Below, piece by piece: positions 36,172 to 47,435 of a stretch of DNA of 64,000 nt. The first letter of the stretch is position 1; each line of letters starts with the position of its first letter. Source of the DNA: Chiloscyllium plagiosum (taxonomy: Eukaryota). The notes under the pieces are model-generated. The model ran no database searches. It worked only from the letters and a program-made list of their open reading frames with translations, and was not told the origin of the DNA. Made by a program: the position numbers and the translations under genes. The DNA is taken from contig NC_057754.1 of the NCBI RefSeq assembly GCF_004010195.1, forward strand, positions 10,920,911 through 10,984,910. The letters are read 5' to 3'.

Positions 36172-36249
36172 CACATAATATTCATTTACAAATTACTGCT
36201 ATTTGTAAGTAATGGGCCTCACTCTTTCCCCAGTTATCCATTAACCATT

Positions 36250-37050
36250 AATATACCTGTTAAACCACAGGGCATTTTCCTTTATTTTCCCTGGCTGTAT
36301 TAATTCATGTTCCCCTTATAGCTATCCTTATCTCCCCATTTCCGTTCCGTCTTATACATTTACCTGAAAGCATCTTCTCCCTGCACCCTCTGGCTAAATC
36401 ATATCTGGTATTATTAAAATTAACCAATTCAGAACTTTGATTTGAGGCCCATCCTTGTCCTTTTCTATAATAATCCTGAATCGTTTTTAAAACAGTTCTG
36501 TTAATTGTCTGTAAAATGCTCCCTCACTGGTATTTCATCTACTTGTCCACCTTTGTTACCTAAAGTTAGTGATAGAACCTCCCCTTTCCTTGTTGAAATT
36601 TCTACATACTGGCTTCAAAAGCTGTCTATTTTAAAAGTTCCTCTAAATCTTTCAGCCTGTGTTGACCACAGTTAATGTTCGGGAAGTTGAAATCTCCCAC
36701 TACCACAACCCTATTACTTTTACACTTCCCTGAAATTTGCCTCCTTGCCTGCTCTTCTATTCTACCCATATAGGCTAATTTAAGGATTTTTCTAAGATGT
36801 CCACCCTCCTTATTGCTGTATTAACTTTCCTGAACATAATTGTGACACCTCATCTTATTTTGCCTCCTCTGCTGTCATAGCATGAAAAACAATGCCATTC
36901 AACCATATCAAACTCTCTTGCACCTTAACTGGCCTGTAATGTCAATGCCTTCCTGACTCAATTGTTGGACATTCTGTCTGGATTCCATACCCTTGCCAAG
37001 TTACGTTATATGTGCCCCAACAGTACTTCTAACTAAATTTCCAGCATTAA
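36250..37050 (-). mobile_element. Old CR1 fragment (APE region)
   Basis: Minus strand RVVVVGDFNFPNIN (~36670-36715). Confidence 0.7.
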
Positions 37051-37740
37051 TAAGGCAATATCTCACTCTCGATGTGTCCTCTCCCAACTGCTCATGTGAA
37101 GGATACTGATTTTCTCATCTTAAAAGGCACTCAGAATTAGAAAACTTGAGACATTGTTTTAACAAAAAGTATTATTTTTATCCCCAATAGGTAACTAAAT
37201 CTGTGGTATTTAAAAACATCATCCGAAACATGGTTTGGATACAGATAACAGGAGCATCAAAATTCAATGCTGACAATTACTAGGGAACTCACTGCTGTTT
37301 ACCCAATCCTGATGAACCACAAAATCACTTTACAACAATATGTAGGTGGACAGTCTTTACCCAACATAAATGTGTTGATGTACAGCGACATTGTGATCTT
37401 TTTCAAAACCTATCCTCCAGATACACAATTGTATCAACATTTTATCTGCACCATCAGCAACTTTAATAGAGCAAGATTTAATAACATTAATACATATGGC
37501 CCAATGACCAATGTTCATTCCTTGGTCTGAGGAAAAGCAAAACCCTTCGCCTGTGGTTTCTTGTGAATTTGCTGGTGTGTTCCCAAACAGCAAAGCCATT
37601 TACACAAAACAGTATGGGATCGACCCAGTATTACTTCACTGGTGAGTTAAGTTTGGATGAAAGAGTGAATCCCTTCCCACATAAGAAATAAGTGAACAGC
37701 CTCTCCATAGACTGAACAGGCTGTTGTATCAGTACATTAG

Positions 37741-38466
37741 TTAACTGAGTGCATGTCTCTCCCCAGTGTGAAGTCGCTGGTGTCTCAGCAGGTTGAATGA
37801 TTGAGTAAATCCTCTCCCACAATCAGAACAGGTGAACGGTTTCTCTCCGGTGTGAACTCGCTGATGCTCCAGTAGTTGAGATGAGCGAATGAATCCTTTT
37901 CCACATTCAGAACAGGTGAATGGTCTCTCTTCAGTGTGAACTCGCTGGTGTCTCCGCAGGTGGGATGACTGTCTGAATCTTTTCCCACACAGGGAGCAGG
38001 TGAATGGTCTCTCTCTTGTGTGAACTCGCTGATGTGTTCGCAGATTGGATGATTGGCTAAATCCCCTCCCACAATCAGAGCAGGTGAATGGTTTCTCTCC
38101 GGTGTGAACTTGCTGATGTTCCAGTAGTTGAGAAGAGCGAATGAATCCTTTTCCACATTCAGAACAGGTGAATGGTCTCTCCCCACTGTGAATTCGCTGG
38201 TGCATCAGCAGGTTGGAGGACCGTGTGAATCCCTTCCCACACACATAGCAAGTGAATGGCTTCTCCCCTGTGTGACTGTGCTGGTGGCTTCCCAGCTGGG
38301 ATGGGTAAAGAAATCCCTTCCCGCAATCCTCACATTTCCACAGTCTCTTCCCAGTGTGACTGCGCTGGCATTTGGACATTTCCGATGAATCGTAAAAGAC
38401 TCTTCGACACACAGACAATACCTGTTTCGCCCCAGTGTAAACAGTGCTTTTTCCTTCAATGTCCAA
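37741..38466 (-). CDS. C2H2 zinc-finger protein, 7 tandem fingers, no KRAB/SCAN visible
   Basis: Seven canonical CxxC-x12-HxxxH fingers with TGEKPF-type linkers in one open frame. The ORF track start is TTG; the first in-frame ATG is at 38379 (212 aa, all 7 fingers retained). Confidence 0.8.
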   Translation of the reverse strand: MDIEGKSTVYTGAKQVLSVCRRVFYDSSEMSKCQRSHTGKRLWKCEDCGKGFLYPSQLGSHQHSHTGEKPFTCYVCGKGFTRSSNLLMHQRIHSGERPFTCSECGKGFIRSSQLLEHQQVHTGEKPFTCSDCGRGFSQSSNLRTHQRVHTRERPFTCSLCGKRFRQSSHLRRHQRVHTEERPFTCSECGKGFIRSSQLLEHQRVHTGEKPFTCSDCGRGFTQSFNLLRHQRLHTGERHALS

Positions 38467-38849
38467 AATCCTGAGATAATTAGGTTATGATAAACAGAGT
38501 CACTGTCAAATCTGGATGTGGTTTCATGTGAAGTATCTAATTGAAAAACAACCTTTTAAACACAAATGTATTGGGAGAAACCCGAAGAACACACAGGTTG
38601 TGAAATTGAGAGCAATTAATTCAGTCAGTTGTAGAGATGACACTGAGGGAAACTGCTGGATTGTCATTACAACCAAACTGGTTCATAAATATCCTTCAGG
38701 GAAGCGAACCAGTCTGTTTGCATGAAACTACAGAAAAAGATGAGAGAGACAGGTATGAAGGAGATGCATTTTACAATCTACAATTCAACCCTGTTCCTGT
38801 TTTCTCCCCATATATTTCAATAGCTCCGAAAGGCTAAAAATAATTGCAG

Positions 38850-39498
38850 AGTTCATTCAAGGTGGCGTTGCAGTTAAACAGGATGGTGAAGAAGGCATTT
38901 GATACACTTGCCTCTATTGGTCAGTGCATCGACTATAAGAATTGGGAGGCCATGTTACGGCTATATAGGACATTGGTTCTGCAAATTTTGGAATAGTGTG
39001 TTCAGTTTTGGTTTCTCTGCTGTCGGAATGATGTGTAAGGGTTCAGAAAAGATTTACAAAGTTCTTGTTGGAATTGGGAAATTGAGCTGCAGGGAGATGC
39101 TAAACAGGCTAGAGCTTTTTTTATCTGGAGGCTTAGGTATGATGTTAGAGAGATGTATAAAATCGTGAGGAATACAGATAGGGTGAGTAGCCAAGGTCTT
39201 TTTCCAGGGTATGGAATTTCAAAAGTAGAGGGCAAAGGTTTAAGGTGAGAGGAGAAAGATTTAAAAGATACCCAAGGTGCAATCTTTCACACAGTGTGGT
39301 GCACGTACAAAACAAGCTGTCGGAAGGGTTGCTGGAGGCAGATACAATTACAACATTTCAAATGCATTTGAATTGGTTCATGAAGAGGAAGGGTTCAAAG
39401 AAATATGGGCCAAATGCGACCAGATCAGTTTAGGATAACTGGTCAGCATAGACAAATTGGACCAAAGGGTCTGTTACCATGCTACATAACTCTATGAT
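38850..39498 (+). mobile_element. CR1 LINE 3' end, decayed
   Basis: RGERFKRYPRCN...; ctctatgatt tail. Confidence 0.85.
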
Positions 39499-40149
39499 TA
39501 GGTGCTTAAGCAAAATGATGGAAATCCGACATCCAAAATGAGAAAAGGCTGCAATCGTACAGCAGGTTTGGCACATCTTAAATGGTGACAGGTGCAGGGA
39601 CAATTGGAACTTTGAAGAAGTGTTTAGACTATCATGCAAGGCACGACAAAATAGGTTATTCACTAAGTGCTGAAAATTGGGACAAGAATAGATATGTGCT
39701 GATGTCGAGTTTGATGGGGAAATTGTGTTGTACAGTTTTATATCCGAGACCCTGACCTGATTTTGTTCTGTTTCTCTCTGTGATTCTCTCTTCTAGGAAG
39801 CAGGCAGGAGCAGCAAACAGTGAAGAATGCAAATGATATGTTAGTCTTCATAGTGAGAGGATTCGCGTACAGGAGCAGGGATAGCTTCCTGTAAGGGCTT
39901 TGGAGAGTTCACACCTGGAGTACCGTGTGCACTTTTGCCTTCCTACTCCAAAGAAGGATGCCTTGGCCATGGAGAGGGTGAATCCTTTCCCACATAAGCA
40001 ATAAGTAAAGAAGCTTCACCAGACTGATTCCTGGGATGTCACGATTGTTGTATGACAAGAAACTCAATCTTTATTTAATCTTCCATTCTTTTGGCTTTGT
40101 GAGCCACCAGCTGCTTCACTAATATTCTACCTCCCTAAATCTGACCTAT

Positions 40150-41320
40150 TTAACCCTACACTTTAGTATGGCAGGGGAACAGGAAATAGTTTAAAACCTC
40201 ACCACCTTAACTAGCAAAAGACCCCATGAGGAGATTTGTCTCATCTCTGCCCAGATGCAACCGGTCAAGCTTGTACATGTCCCACCTTATCCAGGAACGG
40301 TCCCAATGGCTCACAAATCTAAACCCTTCTCTGGCACACTGTTTCTCCAGCCACATATTCATCTTATCTATCCTCTTACTCATGCGCTCGCTAGCACTTC
40401 ACACTGGGAGTAAGCCTGACATTATTACATTTGAGATTCTGCATTTTAATGTATCTCCTATCTTTCAGGTATTTATCCCTCTGTTTAACTATGTCATCGG
40501 TCCTTATATGAACCACAACCACTGCCTGTTCACCTTCTCACTCCAACTGTCCTGCAGCCACTGCATGACATCCTTCATCCTGGTACCAGAGAGATCACAT
40601 ACCATCCTGGATTCACGTCTGACTGTAGTCCTGACTGTTTTGAATCCCCTGTCACTGCTTCCCTGGCAATCGTTTTCCTCCCCTTTCACACAGCTGATCA
40701 CTGGAGACCCCTGCACTTCCTTTATGAGCCTTTTACTTTGTCTCATGGTCACCCATTCCCTTTCCACATACTGTTGTGTGACCATCTTGAGAAACTGTGT
40801 GACCACTGCTGCCTTACAGCGCCAGTGACCCTGATTTGATTCCACCCTCAGGCAACTATCTGTGTGGAGTTTGCCTGTTGTTCCCTGTGTCTGAGTGGTT
40901 TTTCTTGTGTGATCTGGCTTGCTCCCATAGTCCAAAGATGTGCAAATTATGTGGATTGACTGTGCTAGATTATCCATAGTGTTCAGTGATGTGAAGGTTA
41001 GGTGCATTAGTCATGGGAAATGGAGGGTTACAGGGATGGGATAGTGGATGGGTCTGGGCAGGGTGCTCTTCGGAGGATTTATGTGGACTCGTGGGGCCTG
41101 TTTCCACACTGTAGGGATTCTATTCTATTCTAAATGTACTGTCTCTGACATTCTCAGTGTCATGGATGCTCCACAGCGAGTCACCCACAGCTCCAGCTCA
41201 AGAAAGCAGTAGCCAGGACACACTTCCTGCATATGAAGCTGTGAGGGACACTAGAAGCATCTCTGATTTCACACAGTGTGCAACAGGAGCACACCATAGG
41301 TCTAAGGTCTCCTGCCATTA
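40150..41320 (-). mobile_element. CR1 ORF1 esterase fragment with nested HE1 SINE (40795-41132, +)
   Basis: RRESRMVCDLSGTRMKDVMQWLQD; SINE tail attctattctattct. Confidence 0.8.
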
Positions 41321-41944
41321 AGCCAGTTACACCCTTTAAGAGAATTTAATTCAGCTTCCTTCATTTCAAATACTTTTTTCATAATCAAAAGCTCCTGGGT
41401 ATTTAAGCTGAATATTATATTTTTAAGACTGTCATAAAATTCTCTGCACTTATCACTTACTAACTGACTGTTGCCATTGCAACCCTTTTAACTTCTGAAC
41501 CGGCTGAATTGAGACTGAGCATCACACTCAGTCTTGCAACTTCACCTCCTCCCAGTCTCACCTAACTTTTTGATTCAAAGCACTCAACTCCAAAGGTCTT
41601 TCATTAAGCTAAGCAGCACTCAGTGTAGCCTTGTCATTTAAATTGTCTGCTCACACCGACTCTGACTTCAGCCTCTTGTACTATTCCAATGCAGTTCATC
41701 TTTCAATTCAGTACTTTATAACTCTTCAGACTCAATGTGCTCTTCAGCAGTTTTAGGATCAGTAGCTAGTAATCAGGATCTGGAATGTTCCATCTGAAAT
41801 GGTGGTGGAATTTGAGTCCATAAGGAATTTTACAGGGATATTTGCAGGTATTTGAGAACGAGGAATGTACACATTAAAATCATGAAGTGGGTGATTGAGA
41901 GTAAACATGACAGTACTTTCAAACAGACAAGATGTTATTTGGAT

Positions 41945-42197
41945 AGCACTCAGTGGTTGGCACTGCTACCTCACAGTGCCAAGGACTCGGGTTCGATTCC
42001 AGCCTTGAGTGACTGTGTGGAATTTGCACACTCCCGTTCCCCCCCCCCCCCCCCAGTCTGCATGGGTTTCCTTCCACAATAGGCATTAGTTGGGGTAAAT
42101 GTAGAGTAATGGGAATGGGTTAATGTGGGAACTCTTCAGAGCGTTGTTGTGGAAATGTTGGGTTGAAGGGCTTGTTTCCACACTGTAGGGATTCTAA
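41945..42197 (+). mobile_element. HE1-type SINE, internally deleted
   Basis: cagtggttggcactgctacctcacagtgccaaggactcgggttcgattcc head. Confidence 0.8.
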
Positions 42198-42539
42198 CAT
42201 TTTCTCAGGTGCAGGGCCCAGAACTGAACACATACCCCAGGGGTGATCTGACCAAGAATTTGAACGTGTTACTCCTTTTGGATTTACGAAGATAAAGGGA
42301 AATACTTGCCCACACAGAACAGACAAACCTTCTTCCTTCCACAGTTAAATACCAATAATATTGAGATCCTGATGACTGCGCTGACGCTTAGAACTTGTTC
42401 TGAGGTCCCGATCTGTAAATCATTCTCATTAATATCCTGTAGAACGAATTCACAAAAGAAAAATTACTGACAGTTCAGAATAGAAATCTGAAAAATATAA
42501 ACATTTCTCTTAGTTTCAATTTGCTGTGCATTTGTAAAT

Positions 42540-43045
42540 ACTCCTCTTCAAATCGCCCCGCCCCTACCCGGGAAGAAGCATGCGCACTGCTTCTTCTTGT
42601 CCCCAATAAAGATGGCGGCGACAATCCGGGGCCTATCATCGCTTTGTGTCCACATTGCTTCAAACGCGGGACCGGGAGCTTCTAATTCGCGTCTAGTGGC
42701 CTACACCGGTGTTCATTAGACCTCCCACAGTCCAGACTGACTCCGCTCTTCTCCCGGTGTCCACTGATCCTCCCTCTTTCCCGTAGACCCCTCCCGCACT
42801 CACTCAGGCGGCAGTGCGCAGGCAACGTTAATGATCACGTGTTGTCCTGCTCGCCCCGCCCCTCATCACAACGTCCTTTGGAGGACCAGCCGCTTCCGTT
42901 TGGTCCGCCAGCCCTGCCCACCTTCACCCTATTGGTCAGTGACATACCGTCAATCAGCCGGGCTCAAGTGTGATGTGTATGACGGGATCCCCCCTACCTT
43001 AGGCTGGGATGAGACTCATCATTTTCAGGGAATGTTGTAGTATCA
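42540..43045 (-). promoter_or_regulatory. CpG-island-like promoter/first exon, probably of the minus-strand ZNF gene
   Basis: CpG dense; GC boxes (~42554, ~42853), NRF1-like gcatgcgca (42578), YY1 aagatggcggc (42609), CCAAT (42929-42936), TGATTGACGG; minus-strand splice donor GTGAGT starting at 42803. Confidence 0.7.
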
Positions 43046-43647
43046 CAGAGCACATAGGCTGGTTTCTAATCAGCCTAGTGGAACAGTGCCCCTCTCTCTG
43101 TAGAGATGCTACTAATCTCCCCTATCTGCCTTGTGAATGGCAGTTTTGTACACTTTTCATTGCACTCATGTATTCCTACACTTGAATACATGTCACAATA
43201 AAATCTGAATCTAATTCTAAATCTCTTTTGAGAATGACAGCTGAATCTGCATCCAGCTGCCATTGAGGCTGTTCCAGATGCTCAGAGCGTGCTAATTAAA
43301 TTAATCTTCACATTTTCATCCTGCATTATTTGCTAATTATCTGAAAGTTGTATCTGTGGTTAAAATTGTGACATCTGTTACCTCTCCATTAAATAGAAAT
43401 CCATCTTAATTATAATTTATTCATGGAGTGTGGTCTTTGCATATGCTGTAATCACACCACTGTGCTGTTTAGCTGACAATCTCCTGCAGTCTCATTCTTA
43501 TCCCTGTAATCATCTTCAGCCTCAAAATCCTCCCTATCTCTGTAACTTCCTCGCTATCTGACAAAACTCCCTATCTCTGCAATTTCAGCTTCACAATCCT
43601 GTCACTGTAATGACCTCAAACCTCCTTATCTCTATAATCCCCCAGAA

Positions 43648-45435
43648 ATAACTCCATGGAGGCAATTATCCCTTCACCAAGTCACCCTTTATTTACACGT
43701 GCATGGTAAAAGACAGTAATTCAGCTAGCTCAGAGCCAGCTCCCAGAATGATCAGAAACCTCTGACACTCTTAGAATCCCTACAGAATCATAGAATCCCT
43801 ACAGTGTGAAAACAGGCTATTCGGCCCAATGAGTCACACCAATCCTCTGACGAGTATCCCACACAAACCTATTCCACATTACTTGACATTTATTCCTGAT
43901 TAGTGCACCTAACCTACACATCCCTGAACACTATTGGCAATTTAGCATGGCCAATTCAAGTAACCTGCATATCTTTGGATTGTGGGAAGGAACCGGAGCA
44001 TCCGGAGGAAACCCCACTGAGGCAGGGAGAATGTGCAAACTCCACACACACAGTCGGCCGAAGCTGGAATCGAAGCCGGGTCCCTGGAGCTGTGGGGCAG
44101 CAGTGCTGTGTTTTTTAAATTTCTTTTTTTCTTCTTACCCATGTTGTGTGTGTGCAAGTGTGAAACACAGTGAAAGACACAAAGTGCACAAATCTTTATT
44201 CAAATTTCCACCACCAGGAAGAAAGGAAACACCCGAGTGGCCAGTGACAAGCAGTGCCCTTCACATCAAAGGGCAATGCTGAGCAGTGCTGTTTATATTT
44301 TTTTCTTCTTTTTTTCCTTTTTTTTCCCTTTTTTTATAGGAAAACACCCGAGTGGCCAGTGACACTCCTGTTTATTTATTTTTTTCTCTTTTTTTTAGGG
44401 GAGGGCAGGGATTAAATCCAAGACACACTCGTTCTTTTTTTTTCCCCCAAACTACCGCCTAACTGCGGTAGTGCTTATTTTTTCCCCCCAACACCCATGT
44501 TGTATGTGCAGGTTTGAGACACAGTGAGAGACACAAGGTGTATGAATCTTTATTCAATTTCCACCACCAGGAAGATAGGAAAACACCCGAGTGGCCAGTG
44601 ACAAGCAGTGCCCTTCACATCAAAGGGCAATGCTGAACAGTGCTGCTTATCTTTTTTTTACTTTTAAAATTTTTTTTTAGTTTTTCCCCCACACTACCGC
44701 CTAACTGCGGTCATCCCCGTTTTTTTTTAATAGAGTTGGAGGGGGAGACACTTCTGTTTATTTTTTTTTAAAACCCCCACACTACTGCCTAACTGCGGTA
44801 GTTTATTTTTTTTAAATTTTTTTTCTTTTTGGATTTTTTTTTTACCCCCCACACTACCGCCTAAGTGCGGTAGTGCTTATTTTTTCCCCAGCACCCATGG
44901 TGTGTGTGTGCAGGTGTGAGACACAGTGAAAGACACAAAGTGCATGAATCTTTATTCAATTTCCACCACCAGGAAGATAGGAAAACACCCGGGTGGCCAG
45001 TGACAAGCAGTACCCTTCACATCAAAGGGCAATGCTGAGCAGTGCTGTTTATTTTTTTTAAATATTTTTTTTCGTAACCGGAATCTCCTGTTTATTTTAT
45101 TTTTTTTTCTTTTATAATTTAACCCCCACACTACCACCTAAGTGCAGTAGTGCTTATTTTATCCCCAGCACCCATGGTGTGTGTGTGTGTGTATACGTGT
45201 GAGACACAGTGAAAGACACAAAGTGCACGAATCTTTATTCAATTTCCACCACCAGGAAGATAGGAAAACACCCGGGTGGCCAGTGACAAGCAGTGCCCTT
45301 CACATCAAAGGGCAATGCTGAGCAGTGCTGTTTATATCTGTCGGCCAGGGATCTCTGATTGGACCAGGTTAACAGCCTCAATCAGGGAACTCATATTCTG
45401 AGGTCCACCAGGCCAAACTTGTTCCAATCACAACA
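43648..45435. mobile_element. LTR-like host repeat split by an HE1 SINE (43772-44107, -) and a retroposon cluster
   Basis: Left part ends ctgacactc (43770) and the right part resumes ctgtttatatctgtc (45328); the joined word gacactcctgttta occurs at ~44361; ends in aaca. Confidence 0.55.
44108..45333 (-). mobile_element. Cluster of four ~155-210 nt copies plus three fragments of an unclassified poly(A)-tailed retroposon
   Basis: Copies at ~44137-44291, 44444-44648, 44844-45050 and 45121-45333; hairpin-only pieces at ~44686 and ~44773; each preceded on + by a T-rich tract; AATAAA on the minus strand. Confidence 0.8.
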
Positions 45436-45944
45436 TCCTCGAGCCTCACAAACCTCCCTAGCTCTGTAAATTCCTCCAGCCTCATCATCCTCTCTATCTC
45501 TGTAATCTCCAGCCTTATAACCCTCCCTATTATTTACTCCAACCTCATGAATCTCTGAGATAAACGCTTTTCTCTAAGACCACCCTGATAAGGATAACCC
45601 ATTTTTATTTCTCCACTTGAAGGCAATTTCAGATTCCACTGCTGAGCTTCAGAATTTCCATCTGAACCACTCCACCTCCGTACCTCACTTCACTTCTTAA
45701 AGTATTGACGAAAGATAAGTCATCTACCTTAATATCTCTGACCTGGATCCAAATGTTGCTTATTATATTCCTATATTAAGAGTCTCAGAGGTATATGGTA
45801 CAGAGAAAAATTCTGCAGCCTTCAGGTCTGTACCTGTTAAAAATAATCACCAACTGTCTCATTTTTCAGCACTCGATCTGCATCCTTGTGAGCTTGCACA
45901 TGTGTGAATTTAAATACATCTTAAAAATTATTTTCTTTTACTTG

Positions 45945-46970
45945 TTTTTGTGGGATGTGGGCATCTCTGGCTTGCTAGCATTTATTACCTGTTCCTAATT
46001 GCCTTTGAGAAGGTGGTAGTGAACTGCTTTCTTGAACTGCAGCAGTCCACCTGGTGTGGGTTGACCCACAATTCCATTAGGGAGGGAATTCCAATATTTT
46101 GATCCAGCAACAGTGAAGCAACGGCAATATACTTCCAAGTCAGGATGATGAGTGGCTTGGAGAGGATCTGGAAGTTGGTGGTGTTCCCATGTATCTGCTG
46201 CCTGTGTCCTTCGAGATGGAAATGGTCAAGGCTTTGCAGGATGCTGTCTGAGGATTTTTGGTGAACTTCTGCAGTACATCCTTAGATAGCACACAGTGCT
46301 GCTACTGAATGGTGGAGGGAATGGATGCAGTGCTTTGTCTTGGATGGTGTAAAGCTTCTTGAATGTTGTTGGGGCTGTACTGCTGCAGACAGGTGGTGGA
46401 TATTCCATCTTGTGACTTGTAGTTGGTAGACAGGCTTTTGGGTGTCAGTAGACGAGTCACTCACCTCGGACTTCCTAGTCTCTGACCTACTCTTGTAGCC
46501 ATTGTGTTTATGTACTGAGTCCAGTTACATTTCTGATGAATTATAACTCCCAGGATGTTGATAGTAGGGGATTCAGCAATGGTCACACCATTGAATGTCA
46601 AGAGGCAGTGGTTAGGTTGTTTCTTGATGTGTTGGTCATAGCTTGGCATTTGTGTGGCACAATGTTACTTGCCACTTCTCAGCTGAAGCCTAGATATTGT
46701 TCAAATTTTGTTGCATGGACTGCTTCAGTGTCTAAGGAGTCACGAAAGGTGCTGAACACTGCAATCACCAGTGAACAATCCCACTTTTCTCCTTATGATG
46801 GATGGAATGTCATTGATGAAGCAGCTGAAGAAGTTTGAGCATAGAACACTACACTGAGGGACTCCTGCAGAGATATCCTGTAGCTGGGAGGACTAACCTC
46901 CAGCAATCACAACTGTCTTCCTATGTGTCAGGTATGATTTTACCCATTGGAGAGTTTGCCCCAGATATCC
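45945..46970 (-). mobile_element. L2/CR1-group LINE 3' portion
   Basis: LTFNGVTIAESPTINILGVII...WTQYINTMATRVGQRLG; MEYPPPVCSSTAPTTFKKLYTIQDKA. Confidence 0.8.
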
Positions 46971-47151
46971 AATGTTAATAAGACTTACAGTGAGGTTCAT
47001 TTCAGGTGTCATTGTGTGTTGACATCACACACTGGAAGAGAGAGCATCTGGATTTGTGAAAACTAAAGATTACCCACCCAGTGTGAAGGGTGGGAGACTC
47101 CCTGAAAGCATGGACAGTTCCAAATTGATATTGCTGCATGTCCTGCAAGTG

Positions 47152-47435
47152 ACAGGGACCCGGGTTCAATTCCAGCCTTGGGTGCCTGTCTGCGTGGAGT
47201 TTGCACATTCTCCCGTGTCTGCATGGGTTTTCTTCTGGTGCTCTGGTTTCCCCTCACAATCCAAAAGATGTGCAGATTAGGTGAATTGGCCATGCTAAAT
47301 TATCTATAGTGTCAGGGATGTAAAGGTGCATTAGTCAGGGATAAATGTAGGGAATGGGTCTGGGTGGGTTATTCTTCGGAGGGTCAGTGTGGAGTTGTTG
47401 GGCTGAAGGGTCTGTTTCCACACTGTAGGGGTTCT
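47152..47435 (+). mobile_element. HE1-type SINE, 5'-truncated
   Basis: gggacccgggttcaattccagcc...ctgtttccacactgtagg. Confidence 0.88.

Noticed and set aside
40226..41007. 200-aa and 167-aa ORFs
   Set aside because: Antisense or chimeric readings of CR1 ORF1 and an HE1 SINE.
43028..43041. ZNF143-like ACTACA...TTCCC motif
   Set aside because: Spacing is longer than the canonical motif; too weak to call.
43480..43645. Degenerate ctccctatctctgtaa repeats (also 45436-45560 and ~19080-19180 reversed)
   Set aside because: Decayed low-complexity or satellite-like sequence; no unit or function could be defined.
44108..45333. Repeat-spacer look suggesting a CRISPR array or an snoRNA/scaRNA cluster
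   Set aside because: Vertebrate DNA with no cas genes; units are ~200 nt with low-complexity T-rich spacers; no convincing box C/D or H/ACA pair.
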